Shown in pieces: positions 39,710 through 49,182 of a stretch of 64,000 nucleotides of DNA. Within the stretch, counting starts at the first letter, position 1, and each line of letters begins with the position of its first letter. The position numbers were made by a program, and so were the translations under genes. The notes beneath the pieces were generated by a model. It did not search any database. It had not been told where the DNA came from and saw only the letters and a list, made by a program, of their open reading frames with translations. Source of the stretch: Isosphaeraceae bacterium (GTDB lineage Bacteria > Planctomycetota > Planctomycetia > Isosphaerales > Isosphaeraceae); NCBI GenBank assembly GCA_965201075.1, contig CBDAVP010000010.1:124001-188000 (forward strand). Reading direction: 5' to 3'.

Positions 39710-41926
39710 ATGGGGATCGCCTGGACACTCTTGCTGATCGCGCCGCCGCTGCTGGGGGCCTACGCGTTGGCCCGTCGGGGGTTCGGCCAACCTCCGGGCC
39801 TGCCCCGGGCGCTGGCCACGGGCGTTTTGTCGTGGACCTGGATCATCCTCGGGTCGGAAATCCTGGGATCGCTGGGGTGGCTGAGTCGGGGGCCGCTGCT
39901 GGCCTGGTCGATGGCCGGAGGAGGGATCGGGCTCCTTTCCTGGCGGATCGGCCGCGACCACGCTCCGGACAAGGCCGCGATCGAACCCCCGGCGCGTTGG
40001 GATTGGCCAGCGATCCTCGGCGTGGGCCTCCTGTTCACGACGGTGGCCGGGCTGGGGGGCCGGTCGTTGCTGGGACCGGTCAAGGTCGTCAGCGATGGGC
40101 CGATCTATCACCTCTACTTCGCGGCCCGCTGGTGGAAGGCCGGCCTCCTCTTTGGCGTGGCCACCCCCTTCGGCGAGAACGCCGCTACCTACTTCCCGGC
40201 CGTCGGCGACCTCGGCTTCTCCTGGCTGATGGTCGCCTGGGGCGGCGACCGCCTCGCCAGGGTCGGCCAGGCCCCGTTCCTGCTGCTGGCCGGCCTGGCC
40301 TCCTACGCGATGGCCAGAGACCTCGGCGCGCGAGCCTCGGCCTCAGCGCTGGCGGCCTGCTGGTTCCTGATGAGTTCCCCCCTGCTGCTCTTCACCTTCG
40401 AGCCCAACGTCGACACCGTCTTCGCCGCTGGCTACCTCGCCTCGGCCTATTTCTTCCTCCGCTTCGTCCGCAAGTTCGACGGCCGGAATGCCCTGATCCT
40501 GGGAGGACTCGCCGCCGGAGGAGCCTGGGGAACCAAGCCAACGGCCACCGTCTTCGTCCCCCCGTTGCTGGCCCTGGCCGGGGTCGCGGTTCTGGCCCGC
40601 CGCGACTGGGCCTGGCGGCGAAGGGTCGCGGGGCTCGGCATCCTGGTCCTGGCGCCGATGGTCATGGCCGGCTTCTGGTTCGGGCGAAACGCCGTCTGGA
40701 CCGGCAACCCGCTTTACCCGCTCGACCTCGCCCTCGGTGGCCGGACGATCCTGGCCGGTTGGTACGACCGCGAGGCGATGAGGTCCAGCCCCTACTACCT
40801 CGCCCCCGACGACCTCGCCTCTCTGGCCGACACTCTGGCCGCGGTCCTCGACCCTCGACTCGCCCCGCTCTGGGCCCTCGCGGTCGCCGGAGGCTGGACG
40901 ATCGCTCGACGAGACCGCCGGCCGGCTTCGCGCTGGGCCTGGCTTTTGTCAGCCCTGACCCTCGTCAACCTCGCGCTCTACTGGGGCCTGATCCCCTACC
41001 GCAACCAGCAACGGTTCATGCTCCACGCCCTCGGCCTGGCGGCGGTCCCCCTGGCCCTGCTGTTCGACCGCGCCCGCTGGCTGCGTGTCGCCGCCTCCCT
41101 GCTCATCGCCGTCCACCTGCTCACGCCAAGCCACTGGCCACTCGATCACCCCTTTTGGGACTTCAGCCCGCGCATCCCCAGCATCTTTCCTCCGCTGCTA
41201 ACCTTCGCCACCCCTCCACGCCCGACCAGTCCAGCCGATCCATTCGCCTGGAACCTCCTGTATGGCGTTTTGCTGGCCTCAATCGCCCTGGCCTGGGCCC
41301 TCGGCCGGCCGTCCCGGTTCCGATCCCTCCGAGTGGTGGCAATCCTCGGAGTCTGGATGACCCTGGCCGATCGCGCGGCCTTCCCCGTTCGTCCGTTGCC
41401 GCCCCTGGCCGCCTTCTATCCCTCGTTTCCCGACTACCAGGTCGCCTGGCTGCGGTTGGACCAGGCGAGTGGCCCCGACGGCGCCCGGGTGGCGTATGCC
41501 GGAACGAACATCCCCTATTACCTGATGGGCGTGGGACTTCGCAACGAGGTTCGCTATGTGAACGTCGACGCCCATCCCGCCTGGCTGCCGCACGACTACC
41601 ACCAGGCGGCGGGCCGTCCCCACTGGCCCAATTCCCGTCCCGGCTGGGACCGCGCCCATCCCGACCCCGTGGCCTGGCTCGAAAACCTCCGTCGTGAGGG
41701 GATCGAATTCCTGTTCATCGCCCGGGCCGACCCCCGGGAAGGGGCTCACAACGTCGCCGACGCCCAGGGGTTTCCCATCGAGCGCCAGTGGGCCGACGCG
41801 CGCCCGGCCGACTTCCGGCGCTTCCACGCCGACCCCCGCGTCCGCCTCTATCGCGTCCTTCCCGGAAAAAATCCCCCGGGACCCGACGGATCGCACCCCC
41901 GGGGCGCCACTACTAATCAGAGGTAG
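39710..41926 (+). CDS. Polytopic membrane protein, GT-C fold glycosyltransferase-like
   Basis: More than 12 hydrophobic segments, DGPIYHL in an early loop, GTK motif, RNAVWTGNPLYP, soluble C-terminal domain. Confidence 0.65.
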   Translation: MGIAWTLLLIAPPLLGAYALARRGFGQPPGLPRALATGVLSWTWIILGSEILGSLGWLSRGPLLAWSMAGGGIGLLSWRIGRDHAPDKAAIEPPARWDWPAILGVGLLFTTVAGLGGRSLLGPVKVVSDGPIYHLYFAARWWKAGLLFGVATPFGENAATYFPAVGDLGFSWLMVAWGGDRLARVGQAPFLLLAGLASYAMARDLGARASASALAACWFLMSSPLLLFTFEPNVDTVFAAGYLASAYFFLRFVRKFDGRNALILGGLAAGGAWGTKPTATVFVPPLLALAGVAVLARRDWAWRRRVAGLGILVLAPMVMAGFWFGRNAVWTGNPLYPLDLALGGRTILAGWYDREAMRSSPYYLAPDDLASLADTLAAVLDPRLAPLWALAVAGGWTIARRDRRPASRWAWLLSALTLVNLALYWGLIPYRNQQRFMLHALGLAAVPLALLFDRARWLRVAASLLIAVHLLTPSHWPLDHPFWDFSPRIPSIFPPLLTFATPPRPTSPADPFAWNLLYGVLLASIALAWALGRPSRFRSLRVVAILGVWMTLADRAAFPVRPLPPLAAFYPSFPDYQVAWLRLDQASGPDGARVAYAGTNIPYYLMGVGLRNEVRYVNVDAHPAWLPHDYHQAAGRPHWPNSRPGWDRAHPDPVAWLENLRREGIEFLFIARADPREGAHNVADAQGFPIERQWADARPADFRRFHADPRVRLYRVLPGKNPPGPDGSHPRGATTNQR

Positions 41927-41983
41927 GGCTTCCGGACCGGGGGCCCTCGCGGATCGTCCCCCCTCCCCAAAAAGGCCGCCCCG

Positions 41984-43915
41984 ATGAGATTGACCCTGCG
42001 GACCCTCCTGGCCTGGCTCGACGACACCTTGCCGCCGGCCGAGGTGCGCGAGATCGGCCAGATGGTCAACGACAGCCCGTTCGCCAAGGAGCTGGTCGAG
42101 CGCATCCAGAAAGTCAGCCGGCAAAGGCGGCTGACCGTCCCCAAGGATGACGCCGAGACCTCCGACCCCAACCTCGTCGCCGCCTACCTGGACAACACCC
42201 TGGAGGCCGACGCGGTCACCGAGTTCGAGAAGATCGCACTGACCTCCGACGTCCACCTCGCCGAGGTCGCCAGCGCCCACCAGATCCTCAGCCTCATCGG
42301 CCAGAAGGCCAAGGTCCCGCCCGAGGCCCGCCAGCGAATGTACCGTCTGGTCAACGGAAGCGACGGCGCCGCGTCCGTCGGCGGAAAGGCGGGCGGCGGA
42401 CCTCGTCACCGAGTCCGCTCCGACTCGGCGACGGTCCCGGGCCTCTCGACCAAAAGTCTCGGCGGCAAGGACGACGATTCGCTCGCACCGGCGTTTTGGC
42501 CCAACGCGCACCTCACTCGCCGGCCGTGGACCGAGCGGTTCGGGCCTCCACTGCTGGTCACGGGGTTGATCGGCGTGCTGGGCCTCTCGGCCTGGAAAAG
42601 CCTGGGCCCTCACGCCGAACCTGGCGCTCCGACTCAGGTCGTCCAGGCGACCGAGCCGCCCCCGCCCGCGCCGCCGGCCCCGCCGCCGGCCCCGCCGGTA
42701 CTGGCCAAGGTCGACGTGGCTCCCCCCCCACTGGTGGCCGAGCCTGTCGACGAGCCCAAAGAGCCCGAGAAAGCCCCCAAGCTTGCTCCCGTGACGCCCG
42801 AGCAGGGGGTCGGCCGCGTCGCCCCGGGCGAGGCCGTCGCCCTGCGGTTCAGCGAGTCCAACCGCCGCTGGGAGATCGTCCCGGCCGAGGCCCCGGTCAA
42901 GGCCGAGGAGCGCCTCGTCGGCCTGGCCCCCTTCCGCCTGCCCCTCCAGCTGGGCAACGCCAAGGTCGAGCTGATCCGCTCGGCCGAGATTCGCCCAAAG
43001 CCGGCCGGCGACAACGCCACGGCCCGCTTCGACCTCACCCGCGGCCGGGTGGTTGTCCGCGTCGACGAGCCCGACCAGGCGGTCGCCGTGGGGCTGGGCA
43101 ACGCCACCCTCCGCGTCGTCCCGCCGGCCGACGCCCCCGTCGGCCTGGAACGCGCCGACCGTCAGGCCGACCCCGACGCCAAGAACGCCCCGGCCCTGCG
43201 CGTGTTCGTCCCCGAGGGAAAAGCGACGCTCTCCGCCGGCGCCGAGAGTCAGGTCGTCAGCGGCCCGGCCACCTTCCAGTTCCGGCCCCCCGCCACGTTC
43301 GAGAAACTGGCCGAGCCCGCCCCCCCGTGGGTCTCCGAGACCGAGTTGTCCCCCGCCGACAAGCTCGCCGGGGCCGAGTTCTCCGCTTTGTTCACCAAGG
43401 GCGGATTCCCCAAGACGGTGCTCGTCCAGGCGACCCTGGACGACCAGGAGCCGAGTGTCCGTCGCCTGGCGCTGGAGGCCCTCGGCTCGATCGACGAGGT
43501 CGACGTCGTGCTGGAGGCCTTGAATTCCCCCGGAGACCCGTCAATCCGCCTGGCCGCCATCGACGTTCTTCGAGGGGCGATGAACCAATCGCCCGAGTCG
43601 GCCCGCGTCGTGCGCGACGCCCTCCAGGACTTCAGCCCCGACCCCGCCCAGGCCGCCACCCTCGGCAAGCTGCTCGCCGGCTACTCCCCCAGGGAGGCCC
43701 GCGACCCCAAGACTTATGAGGCCCTGGTCCTCGACCTGGAGGCCCAGGAACTCGGAGTCCGCGAACTGGCCCTGATGAACCTGCGTGCCCTGACCGGCCG
43801 CGACCGCCTGGACTACAACCCCGACCACCCCGAGGAAGGCAACGGCCTGCGTGCCTGGCAAGACCTCCAAAAGGCCGGAAAACTCGTCCCCGCCCCCGAA
43901 GGGCGACCCCGCTGA
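41984..43915 (+). CDS. Conserved planctomycete single-pass membrane protein (anti-sigma-like N-terminus, beta-rich then HEAT-like periplasmic part)
   Basis: MRLTLRTLLAWLDD...DPNLVAAYLDN..LAEVASAHQIL; TM segment, Pro-rich linker, VRRLALEALG/IRLAAIDVL helical repeats. Confidence 0.6.
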   Translation: MRLTLRTLLAWLDDTLPPAEVREIGQMVNDSPFAKELVERIQKVSRQRRLTVPKDDAETSDPNLVAAYLDNTLEADAVTEFEKIALTSDVHLAEVASAHQILSLIGQKAKVPPEARQRMYRLVNGSDGAASVGGKAGGGPRHRVRSDSATVPGLSTKSLGGKDDDSLAPAFWPNAHLTRRPWTERFGPPLLVTGLIGVLGLSAWKSLGPHAEPGAPTQVVQATEPPPPAPPAPPPAPPVLAKVDVAPPPLVAEPVDEPKEPEKAPKLAPVTPEQGVGRVAPGEAVALRFSESNRRWEIVPAEAPVKAEERLVGLAPFRLPLQLGNAKVELIRSAEIRPKPAGDNATARFDLTRGRVVVRVDEPDQAVAVGLGNATLRVVPPADAPVGLERADRQADPDAKNAPALRVFVPEGKATLSAGAESQVVSGPATFQFRPPATFEKLAEPAPPWVSETELSPADKLAGAEFSALFTKGGFPKTVLVQATLDDQEPSVRRLALEALGSIDEVDVVLEALNSPGDPSIRLAAIDVLRGAMNQSPESARVVRDALQDFSPDPAQAATLGKLLAGYSPREARDPKTYEALVLDLEAQELGVRELALMNLRALTGRDRLDYNPDHPEEGNGLRAWQDLQKAGKLVPAPEGRPR

Positions 43916-43971
43916 CCGCTGCGCCGCACCCGCCCGGCCCTCGCTCCTTGCAATCACGGAAGGGGGACGGG

Positions 43972-44199
43972 TCTCCATTGGCCGCGCAATCGGGGTCTGG
44001 CTCCGGCGGTACTCCGCAGGTGCCTGACCCCCATTCCGGGGCCGGTGGTCGGCGAGGAGTCGAAAGGGACCGGTGGTCGGCGAGGAGTCGAAAGGGACCG
44101 GTGGTCGGCGAGGAGTCGAAGGGGACCGGTGGTCGGCGTAAAAGGGACATCGGACGGCGAAAGGAAGATCCCTTGGGCCCACCCCAAGTGAGAACGTAA
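43972..44199 (+). repeat. Structured intergenic repeat element, copy B
   Basis: tctccattggcc...ggggtc-t-ggc-t-ccggcgg-tact-ccgcagg-t-gcc-t-gacccc...ccaccccaagtgagaacg. Confidence 0.8.
44042..44138 (+). repeat. 28-bp tandem repeat, 3 copies plus a partial copy
   Basis: ccggtggtcggcgaggagtcgaaaggga x2, ...gaagggga x1, then ccggtggtcggcg. Confidence 0.92.
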
Positions 44200-44315
44200 C
44201 AGCCGTGCCCGATTCGCCAACGGACTGGCCCGGGGGGCGGGGGGATGCTATGGTCTAGCGACCAACCCCGCAACCGGTCCGTCCCTGCCTCCCGGCTCCG
44301 TCGCCGCCCAGGTCC

Positions 44316-44841
44316 ATGCCCATACGCTACTGGCTGATCCAGCCCAACGGGCGGACGGCAACTGATCGACCCCGCCCAGTTCGACCTGGACCGCCTGGCC
44401 GAGCAGGTCCGCCGCCGGGGCGCGCGCCTGGTCGCCGAGACGGTTGCCGAGCCCAACCGTCCCCCCCTCCGGTTCGAGCCCCCCGTCTCGGTCCTCGGCC
44501 CCCTCTTCCGCGACCGCCTGGCCCGCGTTTACACCGTCCGCGAGGCGTTCGACCTCGACATGAACATCCGCCCGACCACTCGCGTCCTGGGCGGCTACTA
44601 CCGTCGCAAGGTCCTGATTCGCGTTTACACCCACGACCGGGTCGCCGGGCGACGGCCGTTGGAAGAACTTTTCGACACATTCTTGCACGAAGTCGCCCAC
44701 CACCTGGAATATAGCGAGCCCGACTCGTTCCGGGCCGCGGCCTGCGAGCGGGTGCCGGGGCGCATGCACAGCCGGTTGTTCTGGCACGTCCTGGGAGTTC
44801 TCAAACAGCGATGGGCCACTCTTCAGGCCGACCGCGACTAG
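44316..44841 (+). pseudogene. HExxH zinc-metalloprotease-like (SprT-like) gene with an apparent frameshift near 44355
   Basis: MPIRYWLIQPNGR continues in another frame as RQLIDPAQFDL...RVLGGYY...DTFLHEVAHHLEY...MHSRLFW; that frame has TGA at 44335 and no standard start until 44560. Confidence 0.65.
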
Positions 44842-44923
44842 CCTTCTCAACGACCCGTAACGCCCGCTATGGCTCGGGGAAACGTGGTCCAAAACGGAAC
44901 CGACGCGCGAGGGGGGACGAGTC

Positions 44924-45874
44924 TTGGGCGGCGGCCGTAAGCTTTGGGCGAAGCGGGCGATCCGGGCGGCCATCGCCGTCGTGGTCCTGGTCGCCTTGGG
45001 ACGCCACGTGGGCAAGACCGTCGCCGACCTGCGGGCCTCGGGACGCGGCTTGACGCTGGACCTCCGCTGGGCGGCCGTCGGGGTCGCCTTCTACCTGATG
45101 GGCCTGACCTGCTTCGGGTACATTTACGCTCGGGCCCTGGCCGCCGGCGGCACCCCAATCGGCGGATTCGCGGCCTTGAGGGCGTATTTCGTGAGCCAGT
45201 TGGGCAAATACGTGCCGGGCAAGGCGATGGTCGTGGTCCTCAGAGCCGGGCTGTCGGCCCCCCACGGGGCTCGGCCGGCGACGGCGGCCCTGGCGACCTT
45301 TTATGAGACCCTGACGATGATGGCCTCCGGCGGGTTCGTCGCGGCGGCCGGCTTCGCCCTGACGCCAGACTCCTCTCGACGCTGGCCAATGGTCGTCGCC
45401 GCCGGCCTGGGGTGCGGGTTCCTGCTGCTGGTCGAGCCTCGCGTCTTCCCGAGGTTGGCGGCGCTGGCCCGTCCGGCGTTCCCCTCGGTCGGGCCCGACG
45501 CCTTCCCGCCCCCCTCCCACCGGTTCCTGCTCAACGCCCTGCTGATGGGAGCCATCGCCTGGCTGTTCCTGGGCCTGAGCCAGCTGGCCGTCGCCCGCTC
45601 GGTGGGCGTGCTGGCGCCCCGGGAGGCGTGGCCCTTGATCGTGGCGGGCGTGGCGCTGGCGACGGTCGTCGGCTTCGTCGCGGGACTGCCCGGCGGCCTG
45701 TTCGTCCGCGAGTGGGTGTTGATGATGTCCCTGGCCCCCGCCCTGGGTATGGACCGCGCCGTGGTGGCGTCGCTGGCGTTGCGGCTGGCGTGGGTCGCGA
45801 CCGAAGTCGCCGCCGCCGCCTCCCTGGGCGTTTGGCGGCCCACGAGGCCCAGCGCGGGACCCGATCCTTCATGA
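44924..45874 (+). CDS. Lysylphosphatidylglycerol-synthase TM / flippase-like membrane protein
   Basis: YFVSQLGKYVPGK, PGGLFVRE, LALRL; multiple TM segments. Confidence 0.78.
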   Translation: MGGGRKLWAKRAIRAAIAVVVLVALGRHVGKTVADLRASGRGLTLDLRWAAVGVAFYLMGLTCFGYIYARALAAGGTPIGGFAALRAYFVSQLGKYVPGKAMVVVLRAGLSAPHGARPATAALATFYETLTMMASGGFVAAAGFALTPDSSRRWPMVVAAGLGCGFLLLVEPRVFPRLAALARPAFPSVGPDAFPPPSHRFLLNALLMGAIAWLFLGLSQLAVARSVGVLAPREAWPLIVAGVALATVVGFVAGLPGGLFVREWVLMMSLAPALGMDRAVVASLALRLAWVATEVAAAASLGVWRPTRPSAGPDPS

Positions 45875-46857
45875 CCATCAGCGTCGTCATTCCAGCGTTC
45901 AACGAAAGCGAAAGCCTCGCCCCCCTGCTGGCCGAGTTCGGTCCATCAGCCGAGAACTCGGGCCCCTTCGAGTTCGTCCTGGTCGACGACGGCAGCCGCG
46001 ACGCCACCTGGCCGGTCATCCGCTCGCTGGCGGCGGCCGACCCTCGCGTGCGGGGCATCCGCCTGAGGAGGAACTTCGGCAAGGCCGCCGCCCTGCGAGC
46101 CGGCTTCGCCGCGGCCCGTGGCGACCTGGTCTTCACCCTCGACGCCGACGGCCAGGACGACCCGGCCGAGGTCCCCCGCTTCCTCGACCGCCTGGCCCAG
46201 GGGTTCGACGTCGTCAGCGGCTGGAAACGGACAAGGCACGACCCCTGGCACAAGGTCGGCCCCAGCCGCGTCTTCAACCTCCTGGTCAGCGGCTTGACCG
46301 GGTGCCGCCTGCACGACCATAACTGCGGCTACAAACTCTACCGGGCCGAGGTCTTGCGCGAGGTCGAGCTGTACGGAGAGCTGCACCGCTTCATCCCCGT
46401 GCTGGCCTACGCCCGAGGCTTCCGCGTCGGCGAGGTCGAGGTCCACCACCGCCCCCGACGCTTCGGCCATTCCAAATATGGCGCCGCGAGGTTCCTCAAG
46501 GGGTTGCTCGACCTGCTAACCGTCCGGTTCCTGACCCGCTTCGCCCAGCGACCCCTGCACGTCCTGGGAGGGATCGGCCTGGTCCTGCTGATCCTGGGAG
46601 CCCTGGGGCTGGTCGACCTGGGTTTCCTCTGGCTGCGTAACGCCCCCGGCGACCGCCCGATCGGCCCCAGACCCTTGCTCAGCTACTCGGTCGCCCTGCT
46701 GGTGGTGGGAACCCAGCTCCTGAGCCTGGGCGTGCTGGCCGAACTGGTCACCTCCTACGGCATCCGCGACCGCGACACCTTCAGCATCGCCGAGGTCGCC
46801 GGTTTCGCATCCTCCGATCCCGAGACCACCCCCCATGCCCACGCCGCTGGCCCCTGA
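45871..46857 (+). CDS. GT2 polyprenyl-phosphate glycosyltransferase (ArnC/GtrB/DPM-like)
   Basis: VVIPAFNE, VDDGSRD, RNFGKAAAL, LDADGQDDP, two C-terminal TM segments. Confidence 0.9.
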   Translation: MTISVVIPAFNESESLAPLLAEFGPSAENSGPFEFVLVDDGSRDATWPVIRSLAAADPRVRGIRLRRNFGKAAALRAGFAAARGDLVFTLDADGQDDPAEVPRFLDRLAQGFDVVSGWKRTRHDPWHKVGPSRVFNLLVSGLTGCRLHDHNCGYKLYRAEVLREVELYGELHRFIPVLAYARGFRVGEVEVHHRPRRFGHSKYGAARFLKGLLDLLTVRFLTRFAQRPLHVLGGIGLVLLILGALGLVDLGFLWLRNAPGDRPIGPRPLLSYSVALLVVGTQLLSLGVLAELVTSYGIRDRDTFSIAEVAGFASSDPETTPHAHAAGP

Positions 46858-48322
46858 CGAAGACCCGACCGCCGACCTGCCCGCCGACCTGCCGCGCTCG
46901 CCGGTCCGGCAGGCGTTCGCGTTGCTGGTCATTGGCGTCACGACGGCTCTGGTCGCGGGCATGACCGTCCAGATGAGGGCCAAGTCCGGCGGCAACGACG
47001 TCTCCCGCTGGTGTACCGTCTGGGCCCTGCTGGAGCGGGGCACCTTCGCCATCGACGACTGCCCCTGGCGCAACGAGACCGTCGACCTGATCCAGAAACC
47101 CGACCCGTGGGCCCCCGCCACGCCCGGCGCCCCGCCCATCAAGCACTTCTATTCCAGCAAACCGGCCTTCCTGCCCACCCTGATCGCCGCCGGCCTCTAC
47201 CCGTTCCGGGCGATCTCCGGCGTCCCGATCGACCGGGTCGTCGAGCAGCCCCGTCGAGAGCCTCGCTACGTGGCCAGGCCCGGCTCTCCGGTCAAGGTCC
47301 TGGAAATCCCCAGGGAACCAATCCGCTGGCAAGCCAATGTCTTCTACTTCAAGCCCACCATCCTGCTCCTGAACGTCCTGCCAACCCTGCTGACGCTCAT
47401 CCTCTACGCCCGCCTCCTGGACCGCTACGCCCGCGGGGACTGGACCTGGCTGTTCTGCCTGATGACCGCGACATTCGGGACGTTCCTATTCGCCTATCAG
47501 CAAACGTTGAACAACCACACCGTCGCCGCATGGGCAGCGTTCCTCGCCCTGTACGCGACCCTGAAAGTCTGGGACGACGGAGGGGGCACCGGCTGGTACG
47601 TCCTGGCCGGTGCGTCCGGAGCGTTCGCCGCCTGCAACGAACTGCCCGCGGCGCTCTTTGGCCTCTTCCTCTTCGCGGCGATGATGGCCCGGTCGCCGAA
47701 GCGGACGCTCCTGGCATTCGTCCCAGCCGCGGCGGTCCCCTGCTTGCTGTTCGTCGCGACCCAGTACGCGGCGATGGGGACCTGGCACCTGGCCTACGAA
47801 GGGTTCGGCTCGGAGACCTACGAATTCGAGGGAAGTCACTGGCTGACCCCCCTGGAATACGACTGGTTCAACAAGCACCCCGAGCCGAAGTGGCTCTACC
47901 TGTTCCACCTGACCTTAGGGCACCACGGCATCATCTCGCTCAGCCCGGTGATCCTGGTCTCGCTCTACGGGGCCCATCGAGCGGCCTGGAGGCGGAACCC
48001 TCGCGGGTTGCGGATCGTCGCATGGATGACGGGTCTTCTCACGTTGGCGATGATCACCTTCTACACCTGGAACCCCAAGGCGCGCAACTACGGAGGCTCG
48101 GCCCAGGGGCTGCGCTGGGTCTTCTGGCTGATCCCGTTCTGGCTGATCGTTCTGCCCGCCGGGGCCGAGCCCGGGGTTTCTCGGCCCTGGTTCCGCAACC
48201 TGTCGCTGGCGGCCCTGCTGGTCTCGGCCTTCTCCGTCGGCTACGCAACGCACAACCCCTGGAGCCACCCCTGGATCTCCGACGCCCTGGAGCACCTGGG
48301 CTGGTACGCCCTGGAGCGCTGA
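46835..48322 (+). CDS. Polytopic membrane protein, possibly GT-C type
   Basis: NDVSRWCTVWAL..GTFAID, YSSKP, NNH, about 10 hydrophobic segments; overlaps the GT2 gene end. Confidence 0.6.
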   Translation: MPTPLAPDEDPTADLPADLPRSPVRQAFALLVIGVTTALVAGMTVQMRAKSGGNDVSRWCTVWALLERGTFAIDDCPWRNETVDLIQKPDPWAPATPGAPPIKHFYSSKPAFLPTLIAAGLYPFRAISGVPIDRVVEQPRREPRYVARPGSPVKVLEIPREPIRWQANVFYFKPTILLLNVLPTLLTLILYARLLDRYARGDWTWLFCLMTATFGTFLFAYQQTLNNHTVAAWAAFLALYATLKVWDDGGGTGWYVLAGASGAFAACNELPAALFGLFLFAAMMARSPKRTLLAFVPAAAVPCLLFVATQYAAMGTWHLAYEGFGSETYEFEGSHWLTPLEYDWFNKHPEPKWLYLFHLTLGHHGIISLSPVILVSLYGAHRAAWRRNPRGLRIVAWMTGLLTLAMITFYTWNPKARNYGGSAQGLRWVFWLIPFWLIVLPAGAEPGVSRPWFRNLSLAALLVSAFSVGYATHNPWSHPWISDALEHLGWYALER

Positions 48323-48387
48323 GGGATGGCCAAACGCCCGGCGGAATTTGGTCCGCCGGGCCGGAGCCGAAGCCGAAGCCGAAGGGG

Positions 48388-48930
48388 TTACTTGCTGCCG
48401 AAGCCCAGTTCCTTGACCCGGGCGAGGGTATCCTCGGCGGCCTGCTTGGTCTCGATCTTCTTGTCGATGGCCCGGACAATCCCTTCCTTATCAATGTAGA
48501 AGGTCCAGCGGTTGGCCATCCCCTTGGCGTTCAGGACGCCATACGCCTCGGCGGTGTCCTTGTCGGGGTCGCTGAGGATCGGGTAATCGGCGTGAACTTC
48601 CTTGGCGAACTTGGCATTGGCCTCGGGGGCATCAACGCTGGCGGTGAAGTAAACGACATCCATCGCCTTGAGCGGCGAGCCGGCCTTGGCATATGAGGTG
48701 CACTGGGCGGTACAGCCGGGGGTGGAAGCCTTGGGAAACCACGCCAGGATGACGGCCTGCTTACCTTGATAGTCGGCCAGTTCATGGCGCTTGCCATCGC
48801 TGCCCATCATGTTGAAGTCGGGAGCCTTGTCGCCAACCTTCAGCTCGGCGGCCCCGGCCTCGGCCCCTGCGGCCCAGACGGTCAGGCCCAAACCCGCCCA
48901 CAGCAGTCCCATCCACGCGGAGGTGTTCAT
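48388..48930 (-). CDS. bcp: Exported peroxiredoxin (BCP/PrxQ family)
   Basis: Signal peptide, LKVGDKAPDF, FPKASTPGCTAQC, YPILSD, RWTFYID. Confidence 0.85.
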   Translation of the reverse strand: MNTSAWMGLLWAGLGLTVWAAGAEAGAAELKVGDKAPDFNMMGSDGKRHELADYQGKQAVILAWFPKASTPGCTAQCTSYAKAGSPLKAMDVVYFTASVDAPEANAKFAKEVHADYPILSDPDKDTAEAYGVLNAKGMANRWTFYIDKEGIVRAIDKKIETKQAAEDTLARVKELGFGSK

Positions 48931-49182
48931 CGCGTCGCTCCAGTCCTCATGGCGCCGGCCCCCGCGGGGCCGGACCGCCCGAACGTAGCACCGCCGCCCC
49001 CCGATTGGCAATCACGCCCCGCCTCGAACGGCCACCCTTCGCCAGCAGTCCGCCAGGCGCGGGGGCGAATGGACTTGCCACCGTCGGCAGGAGCGATGCC
49101 CCGGACCAAGAAGGACGGAGACTCCTGACCGTTGACAAGGATTGCGGCGACTTTACCTTCCGCACGCGGTGGATGCCGGCGA

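Noticed and set aside
44042..44138. Possible CRISPR array (28-bp repeats)
   Set aside because: Units are head-to-tail without unique spacers and no cas genes are present
48700..48725. Selenocysteine in the peroxiredoxin active site
   Set aside because: The peroxidatic codon is TGT (Cys) and the ORF is uninterrupted
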